A DNA stretch of 64,000 nucleotides from a virus, in IMG/VR virus record IMGVR_UViG_3300019742_000002, positions 27,724 to 91,723 of that record; one strand, written 5' to 3'. The notes beneath the pieces are model-generated. The model saw only the letters and a program-made list of their open reading frames with translations, had not been told where the DNA came from and did not search any database. The first letter of the stretch is position 1. Every line of letters begins with the position of its first letter. Below, one piece after another: positions 1 through 10,734 of the stretch. Position numbers and translations under genes: made by a program.

Positions 1-41
1 TTAAAAAAAATAAGAAAAAAGTGGCTAGAAAATAGTCACAT

Positions 42-812
42 CTAACTTTCCTCAATCCTTTTTTTAGCTATATTATAAGCTACTTGATTTTGGTCACAAT
101 ATATACCTCTACGACCTAACTTTTTAGCTACTGCTATAGTTGTTCCACTACCACCAAAGAAATCAGCTACTATTGAGTTTTCATTTGATGATGCTTTTAT
201 GATTCGTTCAAGTAATTTTGATGGTTTTTGGGTACTATAAATATAATCCTCACTATCTTTAGTTTTTAAGTATCCACTTCCATCTGCTATAGATTTTATA
301 TTCCAATAATCTTTTATTCTACTTCCATTATCGCTATTTTTTAATAAATTAATTATTGGAATGTTTGTCTTTCTGTAAACATATATATCATCGTGTTTTG
401 TAGCAAACGGTTTTTGTTTTGAACTACCACCCGCACCATAGCACCAAACTATATTATTTAAAAAATTATCTTTACCAAATATCTCATCTAAGAGTATTTT
501 TATATAGTGTCCTACATGCCAATCAATGTGAACATATATCGAACCTTTATCACTAAGTAGCTCTCTCATCTTTACTAATCTAGGATAGATAAAACTTAAA
601 AACTTTAAATCATTTTCATTTAGTATCTTATCAAACATTCCATAAACTAATGGTTCGTAATAGTTAGTTTTCTTCCAAGCTATCATATTAAACTTCTCAT
701 CTTGTTTTATCCCAAAAGGAGGGTCTATGTATATTAAGTCTATAGAATTTTCATCTAACTTATCCATTATTTCTAAGCAATCACCAATATACATATCTAT
801 TTTATTATCCAT
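42..812 (-). CDS. DNA methyltransferase (N6-adenine/N4-cytosine, beta class)
   Basis: Catalytic IDPPF motif precedes the SAM-binding DFFGGSGTT motif; TQKPxxLLERII signature; no adjacent restriction enzyme in window. Confidence 0.92.
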   Translation of the reverse strand: MDNKIDMYIGDCLEIMDKLDENSIDLIYIDPPFGIKQDEKFNMIAWKKTNYYEPLVYGMFDKILNENDLKFLSFIYPRLVKMRELLSDKGSIYVHIDWHVGHYIKILLDEIFGKDNFLNNIVWCYGAGGSSKQKPFATKHDDIYVYRKTNIPIINLLKNSDNGSRIKDYWNIKSIADGSGYLKTKDSEDYIYSTQKPSKLLERIIKASSNENSIVADFFGGSGTTIAVAKKLGRRGIYCDQNQVAYNIAKKRIEES

Positions 813-833
813 TTAAATTCCTTTTATTTTTTA

Positions 834-1019
834 CTAACAAGTTATACCACCTATATAGACTTTCTTTTCATATTTTTCTAAATTACATTCTAAAGTTTCT
901 AAAGTAGCTTCATCACTATAGTTATATTTAAAAGATATATTATCAAATCCTTCATCTTTGAAATGGTTTCTTAAAATCTCTTCTAAGTCATCTAGGGTTA
1001 GTTCAACTTTCAATTGCAT
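834..1019 (-). CDS. hypothetical protein
   Basis: ORF with AAGGA RBS. Confidence 0.55.
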   Translation of the reverse strand: MQLKVELTLDDLEEILRNHFKDEGFDNISFKYNYSDEATLETLECNLEKYEKKVYIGGITC

Positions 1020-1158
1020 TTATGTTCCTTTAGTAGTTTAATAATTATCTTTTGGTTATTAATGATAATATTATGATTATTACCTATGTGTTGATTAGTT
1101 ATAACCCAAAGTAAAAAAACCTCTAAAATTATAATTGCTGTTGGAATTACTAAATCTT

Positions 1159-1470
1159 TCATACTATATTCTCATAATTAAAATTATCTACAAATTGGTA
1201 TTCTTTTTCCATAAAAATCCTACCTATCATCATTTCTAAACTTTGTTCGTCTATATACATATCGTTCTCCAAGGCAAACTCCATTAAATCATTAGGCTTT
1301 GGACAATTATCAATCCATCCATAAAAATCTTCTAATTCATAGACATTGTTATTAATATCTACCACAAATAAACTATACCATTTATTTGTATTTTCAACAG
1401 TAATAACTGGTTTTTTATATTCCTCACCACAATATATTAGATTAATATTTCTTGTTGATTTATATATCAT
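1159..1470 (-). CDS. hypothetical protein
   Basis: ORF coupled to upstream gene, GGAGG RBS. Confidence 0.65.
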   Translation of the reverse strand: MIYKSTRNINLIYCGEEYKKPVITVENTNKWYSLFVVDINNNVYELEDFYGWIDNCPKPNDLMEFALENDMYIDEQSLEMMIGRIFMEKEYQFVDNFNYENIV

Positions 1471-1471
1471 T

Positions 1472-2038
1472 TTAAACCTCCTTCAATTCTGCATGAAATT
1501 TAGCATATTTTCCTGATATTTCTAATATCTTTGGTTTAACACCTTCAATTTTCCAATCACCATCTTTATACTCAATTTTAGATAACTCGTTTAAAGACAT
1601 ATAAAGGGTGATTATACCGTGTTTAGCTTTGTATTTATAGTTAGAGCTATATTCAATAGTTTCGTCCTTATATGCTAATTTATACCCATCTACATATAGA
1701 CTTTTTTCTGAACCCATACCATAACCATCATCAAGATAGTCTAAAATTCTATGGGCTTTTTCTTTAAGTAGCTTGAATCTTTTAAAAGAGATTCTCTTTT
1801 TAGTTTTGGTTTTTAGATTTAAATATTGTTTTTGGAGTATCTCATTAGCTTTCTTAATCTCATCTTCAACTCTATATAATCTAAACTTTTCATAAAGTTT
1901 AGCTCTATTTCTACTTGTTGAGAAAGTATCTAATAACTTTTTGTCATCATAGTTACCTGTATATTTAGCTAATAATCTAGCCTTTTGTGGAATTGTTTTA
2001 CTCTTTTCTGTTTGTTTTTTGAGTGTTTGTAAGTTCAT
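1472..2038 (-). CDS. hypothetical protein
   Basis: ORF with AAGGA RBS and early-type promoter upstream. Confidence 0.7.
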   Translation of the reverse strand: MNLQTLKKQTEKSKTIPQKARLLAKYTGNYDDKKLLDTFSTSRNRAKLYEKFRLYRVEDEIKKANEILQKQYLNLKTKTKKRISFKRFKLLKEKAHRILDYLDDGYGMGSEKSLYVDGYKLAYKDETIEYSSNYKYKAKHGIITLYMSLNELSKIEYKDGDWKIEGVKPKILEISGKYAKFHAELKEV

Positions 2039-2280
2039 TTTTTATCCTTTTGTTTTTAATATAATATATTAAACTAACTTAATTATAGCTTAAAACTCAT
2101 ATATCTTTTTGAATTCATCTTAACTATATAGTCTACATATCCCTTAATATCTTTAACCCAATGATATATCATATTAGTATTACTTATTTGATATTTTAGA
2201 AGATTAAGATTATATGAATGAAAATCAACAATATAACCGTTATACTCTAGTATTCTCTTAGAGTTGAATTGTCCATATTT

Positions 2281-2475
2281 TTATTTACAATTTTGTGGTT
2301 TAAGTGTTTTGGGATTTATCCAAACACTTAATTTCTTAGTACTGTTTAGATAATATATATTATCCACACAAATCTTATTAAATGTACTAAATCCTGAGTT
2401 TCCTTTGGTAGTATAACTATCATCACATCCATTGATTGTCATTAATATTGCCAATATAACTAATACTCTTTTCAT
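2281..2475 (-). CDS. small putative lipoprotein
   Basis: Hydrophobic signal peptide ending INGC (lipobox-like). Confidence 0.55.
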   Translation of the reverse strand: MKRVLVILAILMTINGCDDSYTTKGNSGFSTFNKICVDNIYYLNSTKKLSVWINPKTLKPQNCK

Positions 2476-2540
2476 CTTTTATCCTTTATTTTGTTTAGAT
2501 AATATATTATATAATAAGTAAACTTAAACCAAGATAAAAC

Positions 2541-2677
2541 CATCTAAGATTAAAAAATTATTTATAGTATATAATAAAAACTTATAATAATCAAAATTTG
2601 TAAATAAAAACTCTTATAATAAAGAAAAGAATAATAAATTTTAAAAAATATAAATTATTATATTCAATCGTAGATAC
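2541..2677 (+). repeat. dispersed ~130-bp element with imperfect terminal inverted repeats, copy 1
   Basis: CATCTAAGATT...AATCGTAGATAC; near-identical core AAAACTCTTATAATAAAGAAAA in 7 copies. Confidence 0.9.
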
Positions 2678-2682
2678 TTTTT

Positions 2683-2690
2683 ATAAATAT
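2683..2690 (+). promoter_or_regulatory. T4-type late promoter TATAAATA
   Basis: Exact T4 late consensus just upstream of the RBS of 2709..3695; same motif precedes the 27073 gene, gp5, gp4 and PhoH. Confidence 0.7.
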
Positions 2691-2708
2691 CAATAAAAAG
2701 GAGTTTAA

Positions 2709-3695
2709 ATGTTAGATTTTAGAGAGGAATTTAAAAACCTACAATTTAATGAAGCTATTATGTTGGAGTTAGAAGATATTGAGTTAGTTGAGCGTATTTT
2801 ACCTTCACAAGCTATTTCATCAGCCTCAAAGAAAGATGTTAGAAAGATGTCAAGAGCTAACTTACAAAAAATCGTAGATAAATTTACGGAGTTTGTGGCT
2901 ATAGAATATCAAAAACATCCCAAAAAACAAAAATATCTAGGTAGAATGAGATTTATTACGGATACAGGAAAGATTGTAGAGTATCCTATTAAATCACTTA
3001 CAAAAGATTCTTATGACAAGATTATAAAAAATAAAGAAGAGGGTAGAGGTAGAGATACATCTACGGATAAAGCTAATAATAAATTAAGAGTTGAGGTTGG
3101 ATATGGTGAATGGATTACTATAAATCTTGATAATGTATTGGGATTGATTTTTAAAGGGAAAGTATTTAGTTTAGAGGATATATCTAGGCAAGATTTAGAT
3201 AATGAAACACAAGAATCAACTATTATGAGATTTGTTAATAATCAAGCTAGAACAAAAACAAAAATAATTAATAATCTTATACCAATTCTAAAAGAGTTCA
3301 ATTTTTCTAAAATACCTGATGAAGCTGACGAAGAAAAGGAAAAAAGAAAAGCTTTAAAAAGTATTAGGTCTATGAGTACAGTTACTAAGTATATTGCTCA
3401 ATCAAAAAGAGAAAAGGCTATGGATGACACCAAAGATAGCTATAGTGTTACTGTTAAAGGATACAATCCAAAAGATGATTTGTTGCAAGTTGAGGTTAAG
3501 ATAAATCTTCAAGAAGTTCTAAGTAATTTTGGTTATGATAATTTGACTTTAGGGAAAGTTCCTGAAGGTTTTTCAAAGAGTGATTGGAAAGAAAAAGTAC
3601 AAAGTATAAAAGATGAGATTAGTGAGGTATTTGTAGCTAATGGGTTTAACTGTAAAGTAGGTAGAGCTTGGATTAATTGTATAGTAGAGGGTTAA
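2709..3695 (+). CDS. hypothetical late protein, possible internal head protein
   Basis: Late promoter, AAGGAG RBS, N-terminal DFREEF..FNE leader. Confidence 0.65.
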   Translation: MLDFREEFKNLQFNEAIMLELEDIELVERILPSQAISSASKKDVRKMSRANLQKIVDKFTEFVAIEYQKHPKKQKYLGRMRFITDTGKIVEYPIKSLTKDSYDKIIKNKEEGRGRDTSTDKANNKLRVEVGYGEWITINLDNVLGLIFKGKVFSLEDISRQDLDNETQESTIMRFVNNQARTKTKIINNLIPILKEFNFSKIPDEADEEKEKRKALKSIRSMSTVTKYIAQSKREKAMDDTKDSYSVTVKGYNPKDDLLQVEVKINLQEVLSNFGYDNLTLGKVPEGFSKSDWKEKVQSIKDEISEVFVANGFNCKVGRAWINCIVEG

Positions 3696-3700
3696 TCCCT

Positions 3701-3934
3701 CTATTGGTATCTAAATAATAAGTCTATTTGATGTTCAAGTTCATTAGCTTCTTCATATATCCAAATCATATAATCTTTAGTTACCTCATCTTGCTCGTAT
3801 AAATCTTTTATAGAATCTACATAACCTCTTAGGTAAGAATCTCTAAAATTATTCAATTCTTTTCTATAATTATGGGAATATTTATAATCATCTCTTAACT
3901 TTTCAAATCTAGCTATTGGCTTAAATATTTTCAT
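3701..3934 (-). CDS. hypothetical protein
   Basis: ORF in a coupled run of small genes. Confidence 0.55.
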   Translation of the reverse strand: MKIFKPIARFEKLRDDYKYSHNYRKELNNFRDSYLRGYVDSIKDLYEQDEVTKDYMIWIYEEANELEHQIDLLFRYQ

Positions 3935-4158
3935 TTTTTGTTCCTTTTAATATAATAGTGTATGTTTAAGTATGTGATATGTATTATAGCAATATCAGTA
4001 ACCAATAATATAATTCCTAAAATTATCATTTTTATCTCCCAAATATTTTCCAAGTAACTTATATACATACCTAAATGCAATAGAGATAAAGGGGTGAATA
4101 TAAGAAGTATAAATAAAGTATCCCATAAAAACCACAATATATTTTTTAATAGTTTCAT
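3931..4158 (-). CDS. small membrane protein
   Basis: Two hydrophobic segments. Confidence 0.6.
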   Translation of the reverse strand: MKLLKNILWFLWDTLFILLIFTPLSLLHLGMYISYLENIWEIKMIILGIILLVTDIAIIHITYLNIHYYIKRNKK

Positions 4159-4424
4159 TATAAATACTTAGAAAATTTTAAAATAGCATTCACTTCATAT
4201 TCTGAAGGGTCACTATTAGTGATATAATCTTTTATAGATTTATCAGTAATCTCACAATCATCATCTTCAATAGATTCCATACAATCTATAATATCTTCTT
4301 TTAGGTATATAGAAATACTTGAATTCTCTATATAATCTTGCATATCATCGTAGTTATCTATTTCATCATTTTGTCTCATTATATCGTTCATTGTGTTTTC
4401 AAATCTACAATAGCTCATATTCAT
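4158..4424 (-). CDS. hypothetical protein
   Basis: MNMSYCRFENT N-terminus; RBS and early promoter. Confidence 0.65.
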   Translation of the reverse strand: MNMSYCRFENTMNDIMRQNDEIDNYDDMQDYIENSSISIYLKEDIIDCMESIEDDDCEITDKSIKDYITNSDPSEYEVNAILKFSKYL

Positions 4425-4952
4425 TTTAAATCCTTTTGGTTGTTTAGATAATGTATTGTATAGTAACTAAACTTAAAGTACTATTAAATAGATATTCTAT
4501 ATGGTTATTTAATAATTATTTTGATAACATTCTACATCTTTATTTATACCCTCAAAATAGCACCTAAACCAACAAAACTCTTTTGAATCTTCTCTTATAT
4601 GTTTACAATTATATAGATATGCTTTTTTAGGTTTTATTGTGAATAGGGAATTTATTATAAAATTATCCCAAGTATTATATGGTATTGTATACGAATTGGT
4701 ATATTTCTCTATACCCTTAGAATCAAATACTCTAAAATCTTGTACATATTCAACCTCTATATTCATACTCTCTAATACATCTTTGATATTATCTCTTTTA
4801 AATTCTAACAAAATTCACTCCTCTTTATTAGTATTTATAAAGAAGTTTGGATTTTATTTTACTCTCAACTATTTAGAGATGTATTATCAAAATAACCTAA
4901 GTCATATTCTCTCCACTCTTTTATACTATTTTTATCAAACCCACATAAAATT

Positions 4953-6155
4953 TTAAAATTCATTATCTTCATATTTAAGTAATTTATCTTCAAGCTCTTT
5001 TATCCTCGTTCTTAATTCTTTAATTAATTTAGATTCATCTTCTTGAACCTTTGGTTTAGCCTTTATTACCTTTGTGGATTTTATACTATTATAATTGAAA
5101 TCTTTTGGTGTATCTTCAAGTTTTTGTTTTATATCTTTTAAATCATACAAAAATTTTTGTGGTATTGGCATAATCAATGTATATACCTCACTTGAAACTA
5201 TCTTAATAGGATGGTTGTTATCTTGTATAAATATTTCAATTTCATTCGTATCTATAGCCTTATGTACTCTTTTAGCATCTATAACTATCTCTAATGGAGC
5301 GTCTATATTATAATCACAACTCAATCTTTGAGTATAACCTATTTTATTTTTAATATCATCGTATTCTTGAACTATACAAATTCCATCTTGAAAAATTAAT
5401 TTACATTCTTTTATTTTTTCTGTGGCTTTTTTGAGTTCTATACCATTAATTTTTATACTAATATTAAACTCTTGTTTAATAACTCGTTGATAGTCACTAG
5501 TTATATTATTTGTATATAATTTAGATGTTATTTTAATATCGTTATCTACATAGAAAGATACAAACTCTTTACCTATTTTAACTTTTTTAAGTATTATATT
5601 AGGTACAATAGCCTTTTTAGGAATAGCATATAAACCTACAGAATTAGGTGAAAATTCATTTATGGTCATGGATATTGTGTCTGTGCTAATAATTTTATGA
5701 TTATTATAATCTACCAATAATCCTTTATAGACATCTAGCGCATAATTTGGATTTATTCCATCATATATAACCTTAGAGATAGGAATATCATCTTTATTAA
5801 CTAGAACATCATTATTAAACATATCTTCATAATCTTTATATGTTTTGTCTATTTTTGGATTTTTTATGTTTTCAAAAGATTTTTCCAATGTCCCTGATTT
5901 TATTACAATTTGACTATCTTTAAACTCAAATTCTAAATCATCTTTAGAGTTTTTTAAAAAATTCTTAAACTCTAAAAAATCTATCTTGAAATCAGGTAAA
6001 GTTAAGGGTATTGAGCAAGATGTTTTAAATTCATAAGAACCAGTCTCTAGTAGTGTATTATTATCTTTATTTGTAAACAATAATAAGGGTTGAGTATTTT
6101 TGTTGTAACTTTTTTGAAGATATTTCATATATCTTTTAATGTCTTTTATTTTCAT
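4953..6155 (-). CDS. DNA polymerase III beta-clamp-like protein
   Basis: Length and three-domain pattern; GLLVD..IISTDT (cf. VATDG), YAIPKK, ITSKL..DYQRVI, terminal LIMPI typical of DnaN. Confidence 0.65.
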   Translation of the reverse strand: MKIKDIKRYMKYLQKSYNKNTQPLLLFTNKDNNTLLETGSYEFKTSCSIPLTLPDFKIDFLEFKNFLKNSKDDLEFEFKDSQIVIKSGTLEKSFENIKNPKIDKTYKDYEDMFNNDVLVNKDDIPISKVIYDGINPNYALDVYKGLLVDYNNHKIISTDTISMTINEFSPNSVGLYAIPKKAIVPNIILKKVKIGKEFVSFYVDNDIKITSKLYTNNITSDYQRVIKQEFNISIKINGIELKKATEKIKECKLIFQDGICIVQEYDDIKNKIGYTQRLSCDYNIDAPLEIVIDAKRVHKAIDTNEIEIFIQDNNHPIKIVSSEVYTLIMPIPQKFLYDLKDIKQKLEDTPKDFNYNSIKSTKVIKAKPKVQEDESKLIKELRTRIKELEDKLLKYEDNEF

Positions 6156-6331
6156 AATAATCCCTTCTTATTTCCTTTATTATATTGGATTCTTTATAAT
6201 CCAATAGAAACTTTCCTGATTCATTTTTAATTATATACATAAGACACTCATCTTTATTGTTACATTTGTTAAACATAGACTTAGAATATAATAAAGGTAG
6301 CTGATACTTAGCTTTTAGTTCCATTTGCCAT

Positions 6332-6724
6332 TTATCTAGCATTTTTAATCTCCTTCACTAAATCGGGTACATAGACACTAGATAGTGGGTTTTTGTCTAT
6401 ATACCCTTGACCTATTTTTTGAATATATCTAATTATATATTCTTTCTCTTTTTCATTCAACTCAGAATTATCAAGGGTATATTCATCAATACTATTTACA
6501 ATTACACCAATTATCTGGTGAGATATATCTTTTAGTTTTCGTGTAGAGATTTTCATATTTTGATTTTTGGTAAAGTATTCATCAATAGACATATCTTTTC
6601 TGGTAAGTATTTTTATTGAGTTATAGTTATTTCCATACTCAGCTCTCACCTCCTTTAAAGTCATTTGTTCTATCTCTAAATACTCAGTCTCTTTATTTTG
6701 ATAAGATATTTCTATAATCATCAT
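6332..6724 (-). CDS. hypothetical protein
   Basis: ORF with AAGGAG RBS. Confidence 0.6.
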   Translation of the reverse strand: MMIIEISYQNKETEYLEIEQMTLKEVRAEYGNNYNSIKILTRKDMSIDEYFTKNQNMKISTRKLKDISHQIIGVIVNSIDEYTLDNSELNEKEKEYIIRYIQKIGQGYIDKNPLSSVYVPDLVKEIKNAR

Positions 6725-6733
6725 ACACTCCTT

Positions 6734-7153
6734 TTAAATTTCATAAACTGTTATATTATCAGGTAACTTATTCAGTTTAGATTTAATCATATTCTCATCT
6801 AAACCTCCGTTTAATGTTCCTAAAAGTGTCATAGCAATTGTTTTGTTGCTATTTTCCAAAGCGAATTCATTTAATTTAGAAATAGTTCTATCAATCAAAT
6901 CAATAGGTGACGGATTTTTAAAATGGATTTTAGTTTGAAGTGCTATGATTCTATCTATTACCAATAGATTAAATTCACTTAAATGTTCTATCTTATTCCC
7001 AAATTCTAAAGAAATTCCTTTAAAATTATCTCTAAAAGCCTTCGCTACACCAGCACCCATAACTAATTCACCATTCCTTTTGATAACTGAATTAGCTGTG
7101 AAACATATATAATCCTCTTCGGCTTGTAATATGTTACCTTTTTTATATTTCAT
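6734..7153 (-). CDS. macro domain (ADP-ribose/Appr-1''-p processing) protein
   Basis: KGNIL..., TANS..., MGAGVAKAF, LGTLNGGL motifs. Confidence 0.88.
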   Translation of the reverse strand: MKYKKGNILQAEEDYICFTANSVIKRNGELVMGAGVAKAFRDNFKGISLEFGNKIEHLSEFNLLVIDRIIALQTKIHFKNPSPIDLIDRTISKLNEFALENSNKTIAMTLLGTLNGGLDENMIKSKLNKLPDNITVYEI

Positions 7154-7210
7154 TTTATTCCTTTAATTTTTAGTATTCATAATCATAACCAAATAAAACT
7201 TAAAAGAACA

Positions 7211-7696
7211 TTAACCATCCGTTAAAATAGTCAAAGTACCCCAGTCAATTTTACCTGCTATGAAGACATTAAGATTATCTAAATTAAGAGGTTTCTTAAA
7301 TTTCTTTTTGATTATATTATCCACAAAACTTCTATGAATTTCATCATAATTTAACTCATCTTTTATTACTTTATATTCACAAGTATAAGTAAGTCCAACT
7401 AAAAATGAACCGGATTCATCGTGATAATTTTCATCTTCTATGAATATACATTCATCTTCTAGTCCAAGTTTCTTAATCTCTTTTTGAAAATCTTGTATAA
7501 TTTTTATGTTATTATCTAAATCATCAATATTATAAAAATTTGGTGATGATATAGAACTCCAATCAAAAAATTCTACTCCAAGATACGAATGTTCATATTT
7601 TGTACCTTTTTGATATTTTGACTTTTCTATTTGGAAATAATCCTCTATAGATTTTGCATAAGATTTTAGCTCATTGTGGTATTGTTTTGTTGTCAT
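7211..7696 (-). CDS. hypothetical protein
   Basis: ORF with RBS. Confidence 0.6.
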   Translation of the reverse strand: MTTKQYHNELKSYAKSIEDYFQIEKSKYQKGTKYEHSYLGVEFFDWSSISSPNFYNIDDLDNNIKIIQDFQKEIKKLGLEDECIFIEDENYHDESGSFLVGLTYTCEYKVIKDELNYDEIHRSFVDNIIKKKFKKPLNLDNLNVFIAGKIDWGTLTILTDG

Positions 7697-7946
7697 TTTG
7701 TTCCTTTTTGGTTTGATTATCTATATCTCTAAGCTCTTCTATGAGTTTGAATACTTCAACAAAATTTGTTCTATAACTAATTGTATCACAGTAAGGAGTA
7801 TCGCATATTATTCCAAAATTATCTTGCTTCAAATACTTATCCATATTCTCATAATCTTCTATACTAAATACCATTTTTAAATCCTTTATTTGTTTTGATA
7901 TTATGATTATAGCCAATTAAAACTTAAAAGAATATTAATTTTAAAT

Positions 7947-8228
7947 CTATTCGTTATGATATTCCCATAAAACAGCATTACAATATGCGTGAACTGCTCC
8001 GATACTTAAATCAGTTTTTCTACAATGATGTAAATGTATGGGATAGTTAAACATACCTTTTGGAAATGGTTTCTTATTTATAGGATGCGTTTTCATAAGT
8101 TCTTTTGGTTTATCTTTTAGAGGATTTTTACAATATATACAAATACCTTTTTGTTCTTGTATATATTGTTCTTTAGCTAATTTTCTTATTGTATAGTGAG
8201 AGGTTTTGTAATTGATTGGAAGTTTTAT
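7947..8228 (-). CDS. endonuclease VII-like (beta-beta-alpha-Me) small protein, ATA start
   Basis: Not in ORF track; hand translation IKLPINY...QKGICIYCK...IHLHHCRKTDLSIGAVHAYCNAVLW; AAGGA RBS before ATA. Confidence 0.7.
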   Translation of the reverse strand: MKLPINYKTSHYTIRKLAKEQYIQEQKGICIYCKNPLKDKPKELMKTHPINKKPFPKGMFNYPIHLHHCRKTDLSIGAVHAYCNAVLWEYHNE

Positions 8229-8229
8229 G

Positions 8230-9207
8230 TTAGTCCTTTATCTTGTTCTTTCTTCTAATGACACCTGCTATCTTCTTTATAGTAGTTTCAGCCCCATCGG
8301 TATAACCCACTCTATAATGACCTTTACCTTTGACCATATAATGAGTATCTTTTAATTTTGTATAGTATTCTAATTCATTAACTTGTATAGTGTTTTGATT
8401 TTCATTATCGGTAACCCAAACATTCCTGTTACTATGAGATTTTCTATGTCTTGCTAGGTTACTTGTTCCAATTTCCTTATCACAAATTCCACAAGGATGT
8501 CTTTCTTCTATATTTCCTTTATTGACACCTACATACAAATCTTTATTTCTCTTGTACTCTTCTTTTGGTATAGAAACAAATTCACCTGTAGATTTTAACT
8601 TCATAGATATATTATCATTGGGTCTTATGTATAAACATTTATTCTTATGATACTCTTCTTTAGTTACAGTTATCTTCTCATTAGTGGATTTTAATCTAGT
8701 ATGAATTTTACCATGATTAACGCCCTTTAGATTATCATTGGAGTCAAATTCTTCTTTCGATACATTTTTGAAATTATTTGTTTCTATATCTATACAAGTG
8801 ACTTTATCACATTGAACCGATTTATATAGGTGTGGATTTTCCCTAAACTCTTTCACCGATATAGTCATTCTTTCGTTTGTTTCTAGGTTATCAGCTGTAA
8901 CTAAACCTGTCCTATCATCTCTTGAAGCTAATCCTTGGTTTTGTTCATTGAAGAATTTTGGATTAGCTCTTACATCTAATCTCATGTGTACCTTACTTTC
9001 ATACCTAATTGCATCCATTGAATCCTTGCCAATATATAGAATTTTAACTCTAACTTGATTAATATTTGATTTATAGTAATCCTTTAGTTTTCCAGAACTG
9101 AAATATGTAACTCCAACATCCTCTATCTCTCCTGAATGCTTTCCTACATAATACTTTCTATTGTCCCAAGGTTCTAACAGCTCTAGTCTATACACAAAAT
9201 GTTTCAT
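8230..9207 (-). CDS. GIY-YIG (Seg-like) homing endonuclease with repeated C-terminal DNA-binding units
   Basis: FVYRL...YYVGKH, YFSSG, E..H, FFN motifs; ~5 repeats of xxxTNExxxVxxEEY; start taken at MKHF (RBS, TATAAATA upstream). Confidence 0.8.
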   Translation of the reverse strand: MKHFVYRLELLEPWDNRKYYVGKHSGEIEDVGVTYFSSGKLKDYYKSNINQVRVKILYIGKDSMDAIRYESKVHMRLDVRANPKFFNEQNQGLASRDDRTGLVTADNLETNERMTISVKEFRENPHLYKSVQCDKVTCIDIETNNFKNVSKEEFDSNDNLKGVNHGKIHTRLKSTNEKITVTKEEYHKNKCLYIRPNDNISMKLKSTGEFVSIPKEEYKRNKDLYVGVNKGNIEERHPCGICDKEIGTSNLARHRKSHSNRNVWVTDNENQNTIQVNELEYYTKLKDTHYMVKGKGHYRVGYTDGAETTIKKIAGVIRRKNKIKD

Positions 9208-9333
9208 AAATACCTTTTGATAATATTTATAAACCATTTAAATCAACCTATTTGATTAATTTCTACTTCCATATAACACTTTTTATCATCTAAGTATTTT
9301 AATACTCATAATATCATAGGTAAGACTTTCATA

Positions 9334-10719
9334 TCAACCTATATCTATATTATCAAGCTCTTCCAACCAAGTTTCTTTAATATCTTTATTAGTAATATCT
9401 TTAAGTTCTTTTTTCAAAGATGATATTTTCTTTCTAAGTTCTTGTACTTTTTCGTATGTTAAAGAGCTTATACTCATTCTAAGAAGATAATCAAAGGAGT
9501 TATCTACCTTAGTTATACCATCTATGGACTTTAGTTGAGTCTCGATTTCAGTTTTCTTTTTCTTGTGGATAACTATAGAACCATCAACCACTCCCGATAC
9601 AAAAAGAAATTTAGGTTCATTAATTGCTATATCACCCAATATCTTTTTGATTAGATGGTCTTTTCTTTTTTGGTAATATTCTAATCTAATATTAATAAAA
9701 GATTGTAATATTTCATTAGAATCCTCAAAAACTTTTATTGAATTATTTTCGGTCATACATGTATAATTTTCTGTGAATTTAGTAATCAACCCTAAAGAAT
9801 TTAGAATATTATCTTCACTCATATCAAATTTTGAATCAACTTTTACTTCAAACCTAAATTCATCTTTTTTGGTGTCACTCAAATCTTTATAAGACTTTAT
9901 AATTTTATCTTCAACCAAACTCTTTAATTTTTCTATATATGTTGTGAATCGCTTCTTACTCTTATCTGATTCTTTTGATTTTTTATCTGACTTTAGTTGA
10001 TAACCTATAGGAAGTTCGGTTATTAGTATATTCAATTTATCTATCTCGTACTTACCATAGGTCTCGTATTTGCCTTTATCTACTTTCTTTACAATACCTC
10101 TAAATCCTTTCCAATATGGTAATAAATCATCTTGTTGATGTGTTGAGTTTTTAAGTTTTTTATACAAAATGTCTTTAATATCTTTTGGATTTCTAGGTAA
10201 TATTAACTGGGCGTGTCCTGTTCCTATACCCAAAGAACCATTAATTAGAATAAAGGGCAGTACAGGAATAAGGAATTTTGGTTCTATATTTCTTCCTTCA
10301 AATTCTTGCCCTATTAAAACTTCACTATCCAGTGAATTAAAATAGTCATTCAATTGGGATAATAATTTTACCTTTATATATCTTGCCTCACCCGGTTTAT
10401 TATTTAGTCTTTGACCAAAATTTCCTTTAGTTCCCATCATAGATATGTTGTTTGATGTTGAATATCCTCTAGCTATATTTATAATCACCCCTTCAATATT
10501 TTTAGCTCCACCTAAGTACTCAGTAAAATCTGAAGTTGCATTAGCTAAACTATCTACTTTTTTTAACTCTTTTATATTATGACTTATAATAGTAAAGAGA
10601 GACTTTCTAGCTGTTGGTCTAAAACCATCAATATACGAAGCTATATTTTGGTAATTATCATTTTGAGCTTGTTGTTTAAATTCTTTCTCGAAGAAATCTG
10701 ATATACTTCTTTTTCTCAT
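9334..10719 (-). CDS. 52: DNA topoisomerase II medium subunit (gp52, GyrA/ParC-like)
   Basis: IDGFRPTARK, GNFG..EARY (active Tyr), EPKFLIPVLPFILING.GIGTG. Confidence 0.95.
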   Translation of the reverse strand: MRKRSISDFFEKEFKQQAQNDNYQNIASYIDGFRPTARKSLFTIISHNIKELKKVDSLANATSDFTEYLGGAKNIEGVIINIARGYSTSNNISMMGTKGNFGQRLNNKPGEARYIKVKLLSQLNDYFNSLDSEVLIGQEFEGRNIEPKFLIPVLPFILINGSLGIGTGHAQLILPRNPKDIKDILYKKLKNSTHQQDDLLPYWKGFRGIVKKVDKGKYETYGKYEIDKLNILITELPIGYQLKSDKKSKESDKSKKRFTTYIEKLKSLVEDKIIKSYKDLSDTKKDEFRFEVKVDSKFDMSEDNILNSLGLITKFTENYTCMTENNSIKVFEDSNEILQSFINIRLEYYQKRKDHLIKKILGDIAINEPKFLFVSGVVDGSIVIHKKKKTEIETQLKSIDGITKVDNSFDYLLRMSISSLTYEKVQELRKKISSLKKELKDITNKDIKETWLEELDNIDIG

Positions 10720-10734
10720 TTATTTCCTTTCATT

